The notes under the pieces: model-generated | Database searches by the model: none | The model's input: only the letters and a program-made list of their open reading frames with translations | Told to the model about the DNA's origin: nothing | Assembly: GCA_937900255.1 (NCBI GenBank) | Contig: CALCDZ010000004.1 | Coordinates: 20,857 to 84,856, forward strand | Source: an uncultured bacterium | GTDB lineage: Bacteria; Patescibacteriota; Patescibacteriia; SG8-24; DYFX01 | Direction: 5' to 3' | DNA length: 64,000 nucleotides | Position numbers and translations under genes: made by a program | Part shown: positions 22,300-30,932 of the stretch, in pieces | Position numbering within the stretch: position 1 is the stretch's first letter | Layout: the number at the start of each line of letters is the position of its first letter

Positions 22300-22737
22300 A
22301 TGCTGAAACTCCACTCGCTCAAGCCCGCCAAGGGCGCCAAGACCAGCACGCGCCGCCTCGGCCGCGGTCCCGGTTCCGGTCGCGGTAAGACCGCCGGTAA
22401 AGGTACCAAGGGCCAGAAGGCCCGCACGGGCGGCCGCAACAAGCTGCGCCTGATGGGCATGAAGATGATCATCCGCCGCATCCCGAAACTGCGCGGTTTC
22501 AAGAGTCATCACGGCAAGGCCGAAGTCATCACGCTCCGCGACCTCCAGAACGCCTTCCCGCAAGGCGGCATCGTCACGCGCGCCGAGCTGGCCAAGCGCG
22601 GCCTGCTCACGGGCGTCAAGGCGGAAGCCAAGGTGGTCGGCGGCGGCGAACTGGCCCGCAAGCTGACGCTCAAGGGCCTCAAGGTCTCTGCGGGAGCCAA
22701 GGCCGCGATCGAGAAGGCCGGCGGCACGGTTGCCTGA
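22300..22737 (+). CDS. rplO: 50S ribosomal protein L15
   Basis: MLKLHSLKPAKGAKTSTRRLGRGPGSGRGKTAGKG... Follows rpsE directly; no L30 gene between them. Confidence 0.9.
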   Translation: MLKLHSLKPAKGAKTSTRRLGRGPGSGRGKTAGKGTKGQKARTGGRNKLRLMGMKMIIRRIPKLRGFKSHHGKAEVITLRDLQNAFPQGGIVTRAELAKRGLLTGVKAEAKVVGGGELARKLTLKGLKVSAGAKAAIEKAGGTVA

Positions 22738-22767
22738 GCCTCGTCGTTGCGGTAGACTGCCTCTCGT

Positions 22768-24051
22768 ATGTGGGCCAAATTCTCCTTGCTCTGGAAACAG
22801 CACGATTTAAGGAACAGTATCCTTAAGGTACTGGGCATCCTGGTCGTCTTCCGCGTCGCCGCGCACATCCCGATCCCAGGCGTCGACATCGCCAACCTGA
22901 GGTCGTTCTTCCAGTCCAACCAGCTGTTGGGCCTGATGAACGTCTTCTCGGGAGGTACGCTCAACAACTTCTCCGTCGTCAGCCTGGGCGTCGGTCCGTA
23001 CATCACGGCCTCGATCATCCTCCAGCTCTTGGCGATGATCGTCCCGAGTCTTGAGGAACTGTCGAAGGACGGCGAACAGGGTCAGCGCAAGATCAACCAG
23101 TACACCCGCATCCTGGCCGTTCCGTTGGCTCTGCTGCAGGCGTACGGCATGATCAACCTCCTCAAGCAGTCCTCCGGCATCTTGCCGAACCTGAGCGTCT
23201 TCAGCCTGGCGACCACCATGCTGACGATGACGGCCGGCACCATCTTCCTGATGTGGCTGGGCGAACTGATCGACGAGCAGAAGATCGGCAACGGCATCTC
23301 GTTCCTGATCTTCGCGGGCATCGTCGCCCGCCTGCCGGATGCCGTCTCGCAGGCCATCCTGACCTACGACCCGACCAAGCTTGTGGCCTACGCCGCCTTC
23401 GCCCTGGTCGGCTTCGCCACCATCGCCGGCGTCGTGCTCATCACGGAGGCCCAGCGCAACATTCCGGTGACCTACGCCAAGCGCGTGGCCGGCACCAGCA
23501 CCACCGGCGGATCCAGCACGCATCTGCCGCTGCGCGTCAACATGGCCGGCGTGATCCCGATCATCTTCGCGATCTCCATCATCCTCTTCCCGCCGATGAT
23601 CGCGCAGTTCTTCGTCCACGCCAAGACGGCTTGGCTCGCCGCCGCGGCCGCCAAGACGATTACCCTGTTCCAGAACCAGCTGGTCTACGGCATCTCCTAC
23701 TTCGTGCTGGTCCTGGTCTTCACCTACTTCTACACGGCCGTCGTGTTCAAGCCGGAGCAGATCGCCGAGAACCTCCAGAAGCAGGGCGGCTACGTCCCGG
23801 GCATCCGTCCTGGCAAGCCGACGGCCGACTATCTGATGTATACCGTGAACCGCATCACCCTGGCCGGAGCCGTCTCGATCGCGATCATCGCGGTCCTGCC
23901 GCTCATCGTCCAGCAGTTCCTGACCGGTACCAAGAACCTGGTCGTCGGCGGCTCGTCGCTCCTCATCGTCGTCTCGGTCGTGCTGGAGATCGTCCGGCAG
24001 ATCGAATCCCAGATGACCATGCGCGAATACGACTACGACGCGGTGAAATAA
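22768..24051 (+). CDS. secY: preprotein translocase subunit SecY
   Basis: 427 aa, 10 TM segments, SecY signature (...[12 protein letters not shown]...). Confidence 0.95.
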   Translation: MWAKFSLLWKQHDLRNSILKVLGILVVFRVAAHIPIPGVDIANLRSFFQSNQLLGLMNVFSGGTLNNFSVVSLGVGPYITASIILQLLAMIVPSLEELSKDGEQGQRKINQYTRILAVPLALLQAYGMINLLKQSSGILPNLSVFSLATTMLTMTAGTIFLMWLGELIDEQKIGNGISFLIFAGIVARLPDAVSQAILTYDPTKLVAYAAFALVGFATIAGVVLITEAQRNIPVTYAKRVAGTSTTGGSSTHLPLRVNMAGVIPIIFAISIILFPPMIAQFFVHAKTAWLAAAAAKTITLFQNQLVYGISYFVLVLVFTYFYTAVVFKPEQIAENLQKQGGYVPGIRPGKPTADYLMYTVNRITLAGAVSIAIIAVLPLIVQQFLTGTKNLVVGGSSLLIVVSVVLEIVRQIESQMTMREYDYDAVK

Positions 24052-24145
24052 GGAAACCTAAAAGGGCGGCCGAAAGGCCGTTCTTTCGGTTCTTGACACC
24101 CGTGGTTGCGTCCGTGGTAGGAGGCAGGGGTATACTCTTAACGAT

Positions 24146-24391
24146 ATGCCAATGCTCACCCAGGACGACCTTAAAGCCATCGGTCAGCTCGTCGATGAAA
24201 AGATGGACCAGAAGTTCTTGAAATTTGAGGCGTGCATCGTACCGGAGATCGTCAAACAGGTCGGGGAAAAGGTCGTGGCGGACGTGGGCGAGATGATCGA
24301 CGAGAACATCTTGCCGGAATTCGATCGCCTCGAAAATCGTCTCGTCACCAAGTCCTACCTCGACGATAAGCTCGCGGGCTACGTGAAGTAG
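24146..24391 (+). CDS. small acidic hypothetical protein (81 aa)
   Basis: ORF located between secY and the GxGD-like membrane protein; no TM segment; Asp/Glu-rich; no recognised motif. Confidence 0.4.
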   Translation: MPMLTQDDLKAIGQLVDEKMDQKFLKFEACIVPEIVKQVGEKVVADVGEMIDENILPEFDRLENRLVTKSYLDDKLAGYVK

Positions 24392-24400
24392 GTGTTTTGA

Positions 24401-25267
24401 ATGTCTGACCTTTCGCCGCACCGTCCCGCCATCGTGCTGCCGAAAGGGGAGCGGGTCTCGATTCTGGTCCATGGGCTGCTGATCTTCGGGGGCGTGGGTG
24501 CCATGGCGCTTGGCGCGACTTCGAAGACGGCGTCGTTGGGCGGCGCTGTCCTATCGCAGGCCGTCTCCGTGCCATACCTGCTGGCAGCATTCTTGCTGAT
24601 CGTGTCCATACCGTCCTTGGCGCTGAAAGTGTCCAGGAATCCCGCCGTGTTCAGGGGCCTGTTCGCGCTCCTCATTTTCATGGGGTCCTGGTCCATCGCA
24701 GGCACGTATCTGCCGCCCGCCCCTGCGCTCCTCGTCGCGGCGGCCATCACGCTGCTTCATGCGTTTTGGAAAACGGCCATGGCCGCGAATGCGTCCCTCG
24801 CGATCGGCACGGCAGGCATCGCGGCAGGTATCGCGAAGGTTTTTTCTCCGGACGCCCTGCTGTTCCTTTTGACGGCGCTCTCTTTTTACGATATCTTGGC
24901 GGTCTATCGGACCGGACATATGGTCAGGATGTTCCGGGAACTGCGTTCTCTCGGCGCGGTCCTCGCCTTCCTGCTCACGCCGCTGCGTTTTTCGGATCTG
25001 ACGACACCCGCAGCTTCGAGGCCTGAACGTCCCGGCATGCTGCTCGGCGTCGGCGACGTGTTCATGCCGGTCGCGCTGGCCTGCGCCGCGCTCCGTCAAG
25101 GCTTCCTGCCGGCCGTCGCCGCGGTTTCCGGTGCCGCGGCGGGGTTCGCCGCGACGTATCTGCTGTATCTCGCCCAACCGAAACGCGCGCCGATGCCCGC
25201 GTTGCCGCCCATCGCCCTCGGAGCGATCATCGCCTACGCCGTCTCACTCCTCATCCAGCACCCATGA
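24401..25267 (+). CDS. polytopic membrane protein with presenilin/signal-peptide-peptidase-like GxGD aspartyl-protease motifs (A22-like)
   Basis: About 9 predicted TM helices. LSFYDILAVY (YD inside a TM), then ~55 aa later LGVGDVFMP (GxGD inside a TM), then PMPALPPIA (PAL motif) before the last TM. Order and spacing match presenilin/SPP/archaeal PSH. Confidence 0.55.
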   Translation: MSDLSPHRPAIVLPKGERVSILVHGLLIFGGVGAMALGATSKTASLGGAVLSQAVSVPYLLAAFLLIVSIPSLALKVSRNPAVFRGLFALLIFMGSWSIAGTYLPPAPALLVAAAITLLHAFWKTAMAANASLAIGTAGIAAGIAKVFSPDALLFLLTALSFYDILAVYRTGHMVRMFRELRSLGAVLAFLLTPLRFSDLTTPAASRPERPGMLLGVGDVFMPVALACAALRQGFLPAVAAVSGAAAGFAATYLLYLAQPKRAPMPALPPIALGAIIAYAVSLLIQHP

Positions 25268-26013
25268 AGAAGATGAAAGTCGCCGTCATCGGCACCCTGG
25301 CTTCCGGCAAGGGCACGCAGTCGCACATCCTCTCGGTCCTGATGGGCGCGCCGGCCGTCTCGATCGGAGACCTGCTCCGGGATCTCCAAGGGGAAGATTC
25401 GGAGCGCGGGCGCTCCGCAAAGGTCGAGATGGCTAAAGGCGCATTCGTTCCGGACGGCGTCATCCTTCCGCTCGTCAAGGCTTGGATTTCCAAGCGTCCG
25501 AAAGGATGGATCGTCGACGGTTTTCCGCGTTCGATCGCGCAGGCTGATGCCTGCGCGCGGTTCTTCAAGCCGGATGCGGTCGTCTATCTCGAGATCCCGG
25601 ATGCGGAAGCGCTGCGGCGCAGCACGTACCGGCGCGTCTGCTCGAAGTGCAAGACCAACTATAATCTCGCCACCCAGCCGCCTCATGATCCGCAAGGACG
25701 TTGCGACGTCTGCGGCGGCACGCTCGTCCGCCGCGAGGATGACGCGCCTGAAATCGTCGAGCGACGCCTGCGCCATCATCATGAGGTCACCGAACCCCTC
25801 AAGCAGCGGTTCGCGAAGAGCCGGCGCCTCGTCCTGGTCGACGCCAGGGACGGCATCCCGGAGGTCGCCCGCGAAGTCCAGCGTCAGCTCGAATCGTTCA
25901 TGGCCGCGCGAGACCGCAAAAGGAGGATCGCCGCATGGTGCCTCTTCGCGACGGCAGCGGCTCTTTCCATCGCCGTCCTCTGCGTCTATACCGGATGGGT
26001 CCTGAATGGCTGA
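25264..26013 (+). CDS. adk: adenylate kinase (Zn-lid type) with C-terminal hydrophobic tail
   Basis: P-loop IGTLASGKGTQ, SIGDLLRD, VDGFPRSIAQAD, Cys4 lid (CSKC...CDVC). Final ~30 aa are hydrophobic (IAAWCLFATAAALSIAVLCVYTGWVL). The ATG overlaps the upstream stop. Confidence 0.85.
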   Translation: MKKMKVAVIGTLASGKGTQSHILSVLMGAPAVSIGDLLRDLQGEDSERGRSAKVEMAKGAFVPDGVILPLVKAWISKRPKGWIVDGFPRSIAQADACARFFKPDAVVYLEIPDAEALRRSTYRRVCSKCKTNYNLATQPPHDPQGRCDVCGGTLVRREDDAPEIVERRLRHHHEVTEPLKQRFAKSRRLVLVDARDGIPEVAREVQRQLESFMAARDRKRRIAAWCLFATAAALSIAVLCVYTGWVLNG

Positions 26014-26052
26014 ATTGACTCCGGCCTTCAAAAAAGCTATCTTCTTGGGGTT

Positions 26053-26829
26053 ATGGCCATCGTGATTTACGGAGAAAAAGAGATCGTATCCCTCCGCCAA
26101 GGCGGCAAGCTCCTTGCGGAGATTTTGGGCGAACTGGCACGGATGACCGCTCCCGGAGTCTCGACCGCCAACCTCGATGCGCACGCGGAAAAGCGCATGC
26201 GCGACGCGGGTGGGGCGCCGTCTTTCAAGGGGTACAAGGCCGGCGGCAACGTGCCTTTCAACGGCACGGTCTGCACGTCCATCAATCATGAAGTGGTCCA
26301 TGCGCCTCCGTACCCAGGTCGCACCCTCAAGGAAGGGGACATCATCTCCCTCGATATCGGCATGCGCTACGAGGGCCTTTGCACGGACATGGCCGTCACG
26401 GTACCGGTCGGCAAGGTGCCGGAAAAGGCGCTCAGGCTCATCCGGGTCACGCGCGATTCGCTCTTGGCGGGCGTCGAGAACGTCCGACCTGGCGGCAAGA
26501 TCAGGAATATCGGCAAGGCGGTCCAAGCGGTCGTGGAGAGCGGCGGTTTCGGCGTCGTGCGCGCCCTGGTGGGTCACGGCGTCGGTCATGCCGTCCACGA
26601 GGATCCTCAGGTCCCGAACTTCGACGATCCCGATTCCCCGAAAGTCGTCATGAAGAAGGGGATGGTCTTGGCCATCGAGCCGATGGTCACCGAGGGATCG
26701 TGGGAGGTGGAAATGGCTCGGGACCAATGGACCATCTTCACCCAGGACCGCAGGCTCGCCGCCCACTGGGAAGTGACGGTCGCGGTGACGGAAGACGGCT
26801 ACGAGATCCTGACGCCCTTGCCGGTGTGA
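26053..26829 (+). CDS. map: methionine aminopeptidase type I
   Basis: 258 aa pita-bread fold; metal ligands in the conserved positions (D...D...H...E...E pattern). Confidence 0.9.
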   Translation: MAIVIYGEKEIVSLRQGGKLLAEILGELARMTAPGVSTANLDAHAEKRMRDAGGAPSFKGYKAGGNVPFNGTVCTSINHEVVHAPPYPGRTLKEGDIISLDIGMRYEGLCTDMAVTVPVGKVPEKALRLIRVTRDSLLAGVENVRPGGKIRNIGKAVQAVVESGGFGVVRALVGHGVGHAVHEDPQVPNFDDPDSPKVVMKKGMVLAIEPMVTEGSWEVEMARDQWTIFTQDRRLAAHWEVTVAVTEDGYEILTPLPV

Positions 26830-27248
26830 ATATCCTCTCGATCGATCACGGTTCGAAGCGCGTCGGCCTGGCGATCGGTTCGACCGAAACCGGCACCGCC
26901 GCCCCGCTCCGCGTCCTTCCGCACCGAGGAGAGGCGGCGCTCATCGATGACATCAAGGCTATCGTCCGGAAAGAATCCGTCGGATGCGTGATCGTCGGCG
27001 AGCCTTTTTCGAACTCCGGCGGCGCCAGCGCCCAGACCGATCTCGTCCGGGTCTTCGCTTCCAAGCTGGCGGATGCGCTCGGCGTCCCGGTCACGCTCCA
27101 GGATGAGCGCCTTTCGAGCCGTGAGATCGAAGCGCATATGCAGGCGATGGGTGGGAAGAAGGCGTGGAAAGCGTCCGGTCTGGACCGGGACTCCGCCGCC
27201 GCGACCCTCTTCCTGCAGTTGTATCTCGACCGGAGAGCCTTGCCATGA
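26826..27248 (+). CDS. ruvX: Holliday-junction resolvase-like RuvX/YqgF
   Basis: GTG start overlapping the map stop; ILSIDHGSKRVGLAIGS...; RNase H-like YqgF family, ~140 aa. Confidence 0.8.
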   Translation: MNILSIDHGSKRVGLAIGSTETGTAAPLRVLPHRGEAALIDDIKAIVRKESVGCVIVGEPFSNSGGASAQTDLVRVFASKLADALGVPVTLQDERLSSREIEAHMQAMGGKKAWKASGLDRDSAAATLFLQLYLDRRALP

Positions 27249-28009
27249 CCACCTTCCACGCCCGCGGCATCATCCTGCGCCGGGAGATCTGGCGCGATGC
27301 CGCCCGGCTCTACACCATCTATACCCGCGAGTCGGGCAAGCTTCTGGCGGTCGGGCGCGGCACGCGCAAGCTGCTCTCGAAGCTCGGCGCGCATCTCGAA
27401 CCCTACACCCTGGTCGACCTGCACCTGGCGCGCGGCCGCAAGTCGGAGACGATCTGCGGCGCCGTCACGCTGCGGGCTTCGGAACCGCTGGCGTCGGACG
27501 ACGAACGCTATCTGGCCGCCTCGTTCACGGCCGAAGCGGTCGATCATTTCGTGAAGACGGGCGAGCGCGACGACGACCTTTGGAACCTGATCGAAAGTTG
27601 GTACGCGGACCTTTCCGTGCTGCCCGAGGACCGCATCGGCGCCCGTCTCTCCGTCTTCGTCTGGCGCTTCATGGCGCACCTCGGATACCACCCCAAGCTG
27701 GACGAGTGCCTCGAATGCGGGCGTGCCTTGCGTTATGAAGCCGTGCGCTTCCTGCCGGCGCGCGGCGCGGCCTGCTGCCGCCTTTGCCCGCTCGACGAAC
27801 GATCCTTGGCCGGCTCCGTCTCCCTTGCGGCCTCCGAACGGGATGGGATCGCCGAATGCCTCGAAGGGAACCCCATGCCGCTTCCTTCTCCCGCCGTCCG
27901 TACCGCCGCCTTGGCGCTGCTCGAAGCCCACCTCGACCGCCCGCTCACCAGCCTGCCGTTCGTCCAGGCGTGCGTGGCGGATGTTTCGCGTGCTATACTT
28001 GAGGCATGA
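27245..28009 (+). CDS. recO: DNA repair protein RecO
   Basis: N-terminal OB fold (MTTFHARGIILRRE...), C-terminal Zn finger CLECGRAL...CCRLC. Confidence 0.75.
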   Translation: MTTFHARGIILRREIWRDAARLYTIYTRESGKLLAVGRGTRKLLSKLGAHLEPYTLVDLHLARGRKSETICGAVTLRASEPLASDDERYLAASFTAEAVDHFVKTGERDDDLWNLIESWYADLSVLPEDRIGARLSVFVWRFMAHLGYHPKLDECLECGRALRYEAVRFLPARGAACCRLCPLDERSLAGSVSLAASERDGIAECLEGNPMPLPSPAVRTAALALLEAHLDRPLTSLPFVQACVADVSRAILEA

Positions 28010-28704
28010 ATTCTATGGAACCGATCCATCAAAAACCTGACTTTTCGCGCCGGCCGGTGGCCGGAATGATCGTCATCCTGTTCGCGGCGCTGTTCATTGG
28101 CGGGTGGTTATATGTCGATGCCGTCCGAAACGAACTTGAATCAAAGGTCGAAGCCGCAGATGCGCGGACAGCGAGCGTCAAATCTGCGCTTACCGAGTTC
28201 GCGCGCCAACAGACTGTTCAGACACTTGCGGTCTCCTCAAAGGATCAGGATGAAAAGCCTTTTCCGCTTCCCGGAACGCCATTTGCCATCTTCCTTCCCA
28301 AGGACTTAGAAGCGGATGCTACAGGTCCTGACAGCGCAAGATTCACAAGAGGTGGTGAAGTCGTGATGTCGTTCAGTTGCGACACCCGGGAAGTTCAAGC
28401 GGCACGGAAGGGAAAGACGCTTGGTCCGGCCACGGTGATTCCGTTTTCTGAAATTGGCTGCGAGGGCGAAGGGTCAGACTGTGACGGTTTTCTAGAAAGG
28501 ATTACGGCGGGATCTGCAGCACTCTATAGCTTTGATAAGGATATCCGTCCGCGTTCTGCGATTGTCATGCAGGCAAAAGGAAGTGCACGCGCCTGCGCGC
28601 TGACGGAACGCATCACGAAATATGCCGTCGACCAGAATCTCGGCCCACATTTTTCGAACCTTTTTAACCTCCATTACGCAAGCAATTTCGCCAGCAGTAA
28701 TTGA
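28006..28704 (+). CDS. hypothetical membrane-anchored or secreted protein (lower G+C than surroundings)
   Basis: ATGA overlap with the recO stop; N-terminal TM/signal (VAGMIVILFAALFIGGWLYV); several Cys; no recognised domain; visibly more A+T than its neighbours. Confidence 0.5.
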   Translation: MNSMEPIHQKPDFSRRPVAGMIVILFAALFIGGWLYVDAVRNELESKVEAADARTASVKSALTEFARQQTVQTLAVSSKDQDEKPFPLPGTPFAIFLPKDLEADATGPDSARFTRGGEVVMSFSCDTREVQAARKGKTLGPATVIPFSEIGCEGEGSDCDGFLERITAGSAALYSFDKDIRPRSAIVMQAKGSARACALTERITKYAVDQNLGPHFSNLFNLHYASNFASSN

Positions 28705-28706
28705 GG

Positions 28707-28738
28707 GAAGGCCCGCCTTCCGGCGGGTCTTGTTTTTC
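28707..28738 (+). terminator. rho-independent terminator
   Basis: AAGGCCCGCC-ttcc-GGCGGGTCTT, a 10-bp stem with one G.U, followed by GTTTTTCC. Confidence 0.65.
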
Positions 28739-28767
28739 CGCAAGTTCCGGGCTAAGGTAAGCCTGCT

Positions 28768-30066
28768 ATGGAATACACCCTCGTCAAAGATATCGCCGCC
28801 AAGGCGGGCCAGGACGTCCTCTTGAAAGGCTGGTGCTACAACTTCCGCTCGTCCGGTTCGATCTTCTTCCTGCAGCTGCGCGACGGCTCCGGCCGCATCC
28901 AGGCCGTCGTCTCCAAGAAGGAGATCGGCGAAGACGCCTGGAACGCCTGCCAGTCGCTCTCGATCGAAGCGTCGGTCGAGGTCGAAGGCGCGGTGAAGGC
29001 CGAACCGCGTTCGGCCTCCGGTTTCGAGATCCAGGCCAGATCCGTGCGCGTCGTCGCCCTGCCGTCCCAGGAGTTCCCGATCGGCAAGAAGGAGCACGGC
29101 GTCGAGTTCCTGATGGACATGCGGCACCTCTGGCTGCGCAGCTCGCGCCAGGAGGCGATCCTGCGCGTCCGCGACGAGATCGAGTTCGCCATGCGCGAAT
29201 TCATGCGCGAGCGGGGATTCACCCTGACCGATTCGCCGATCTTCACGCCGAACGCCGCCGAGAGCACCTCGGAGCTGTTCGAAGTGAAATATTTCGACGA
29301 CAAGGCCTACCTCTCCCAGTCCGGACAGCTGTACCTTGAAGCCACTTCCAGCGCGCTCGGCAAGAGCTACTGCTTCGGTCCGACCTTCCGCTCCGAAAAA
29401 TCCAAGACGCGCCGCCACCTGACGGAGTTCTGGATGCTGGAGGCCGAAGCGTCCTTCATGGACTATGTCCAGAACATGCAGCTGCAGGAGGACCTGGTCG
29501 TCCATGTGGTGAAGAAAGTGCTGGCCAACCGCCGCGAGGACTTGAAGACGCTGGAGCGCGACGTCGCGCCGCTCGAACAGGTCGCGGAGGGCGGTTTCCC
29601 GCGCATCACTCACGCCGAAGCGGTCGCCAAGCTCCGCGAGCTCGGCAGCGACATCAAGGAAGGGGACGACCTCGGCGCCGACGACGAGACGCTCCTCACC
29701 CAGCAATACGACAAGCCGATCTTCGTCCACCACTATCCGGTCGAGATCAAGGCCTTCTACATGAAGCCAGACCCTCAGGACCCCAGCCGCGTCCTGAACG
29801 ACGACCTGCTCGCCCCCGAAGGCTATGGCGAGATCATCGGCGGTTCCCAGCGCATCGACGATCTGGCGCTGCTCGAACAGCGCATCAAGGATCACGGCCT
29901 GCCGATGGAAGCCTTCGAATGGTATCTCGACATCCGCCGCTACGGCTCCGTCCCGCACTCCGGCTTCGGCATCGGCCTCGAACGCACCGTCGCCTGGATC
30001 TGCAAGCTTCCGCACGTCCGCGAGACCATCCCGTTCGCGCGGCTGTTGAACAGGTTGAAGCCTTAG
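28768..30066 (+). CDS. asnS: asparaginyl-tRNA synthetase
   Basis: 432 aa class-II aaRS; FRSEKSKTRRHLTEFWMLEAE is the AsnRS motif-2 region; N-terminal OB anticodon-binding domain. Confidence 0.9.
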   Translation: MEYTLVKDIAAKAGQDVLLKGWCYNFRSSGSIFFLQLRDGSGRIQAVVSKKEIGEDAWNACQSLSIEASVEVEGAVKAEPRSASGFEIQARSVRVVALPSQEFPIGKKEHGVEFLMDMRHLWLRSSRQEAILRVRDEIEFAMREFMRERGFTLTDSPIFTPNAAESTSELFEVKYFDDKAYLSQSGQLYLEATSSALGKSYCFGPTFRSEKSKTRRHLTEFWMLEAEASFMDYVQNMQLQEDLVVHVVKKVLANRREDLKTLERDVAPLEQVAEGGFPRITHAEAVAKLRELGSDIKEGDDLGADDETLLTQQYDKPIFVHHYPVEIKAFYMKPDPQDPSRVLNDDLLAPEGYGEIIGGSQRIDDLALLEQRIKDHGLPMEAFEWYLDIRRYGSVPHSGFGIGLERTVAWICKLPHVRETIPFARLLNRLKP

Positions 30067-30072
30067 CACGCA

Positions 30073-30921
30073 ATGCCTCTTATTGATTCGTTGGTTTCAA
30101 GTGCATCCAATACCGTTGCGTATTTTGATGACCATCAAGGTTTTCTGACGGTTGTTGGGTGGTTTGCTGCAGCCGTTCTCGGTTTGTTGTTTGGTTTGAG
30201 ACAGCAAAAACAAGCCCTTAGGGATCAAGCTAGATTGGAGATATATAAAGATATCAATCAAGACAAACACCAATTGATTGAGGCCTATATCGAATTGTCG
30301 ACAACGGTTTCTAAATTTGGATTGAGTACAACCTTCATAAATTTGAAGGGTAGAAAGAATGGCGTGACTACGGATAAAACTGAGCTAGATATATGGCAAG
30401 AGTACAGCAACCGATCGCTCGAGAGTATCAGTAAGTTTGTCGATGCCTATAGAAAGTTTTGGGGATCTGTCGATTCATGGATAGGAATGATGCGGGACCT
30501 GCAGAAAGCTAAAGATTTATACTTTAAGAAGTTAACGGATCTGAGCAGTAGTCTTTGGGTACTACAGAGAGAATTTTCTGATCTGGGGACTGAATTAATT
30601 GTCGACAGTGCGAGTTTTTATTCAAAGGAGAAATCTCTAGAAGAAGAAATTCAAACCAAGTACAACGAGATCTCAGAAACCATTGGCTTTACGGATGATT
30701 TTATGATGCTTATTCATAACGAATTGATTGGCGGTGTGGTCGGTTTTACAAAACGTCCAAGAGAGGACGTGTATGTAAGCGCACCCGTCACAATAAGCGT
30801 ATTGACAAATAAAGGTTTCAAGAAAGTTACTATGAAACCTGTCACTAAGAAATCCCCCTGGTATAGAGAGGTGAACTTGGCTGGAATCCCCGACGACCAA
30901 GAAAATAAGCGTGGGGTCTGA
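30073..30921 (+). CDS. hypothetical membrane-anchored protein encoded on a strongly A+T-rich, gene-sized island
   Basis: Starts 6 bp after the asnS stop. One N-terminal TM helix (VVGWFAAAVLGLLFGL), the rest predicted helical and charged. Codon usage is A/T-rich, unlike every neighbouring gene. Confidence 0.55.
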   Translation: MPLIDSLVSSASNTVAYFDDHQGFLTVVGWFAAAVLGLLFGLRQQKQALRDQARLEIYKDINQDKHQLIEAYIELSTTVSKFGLSTTFINLKGRKNGVTTDKTELDIWQEYSNRSLESISKFVDAYRKFWGSVDSWIGMMRDLQKAKDLYFKKLTDLSSSLWVLQREFSDLGTELIVDSASFYSKEKSLEEEIQTKYNEISETIGFTDDFMMLIHNELIGGVVGFTKRPREDVYVSAPVTISVLTNKGFKKVTMKPVTKKSPWYREVNLAGIPDDQENKRGV

Positions 30922-30932
30922 ACAGGCAGGCC

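Noticed and set aside
26379-27248. 289-aa track ORF spanning map and ruvX
   Set aside because: It is an alternative-frame read-through inside map. The RuvX/YqgF protein starts at GTG 26826, overlapping the map stop.
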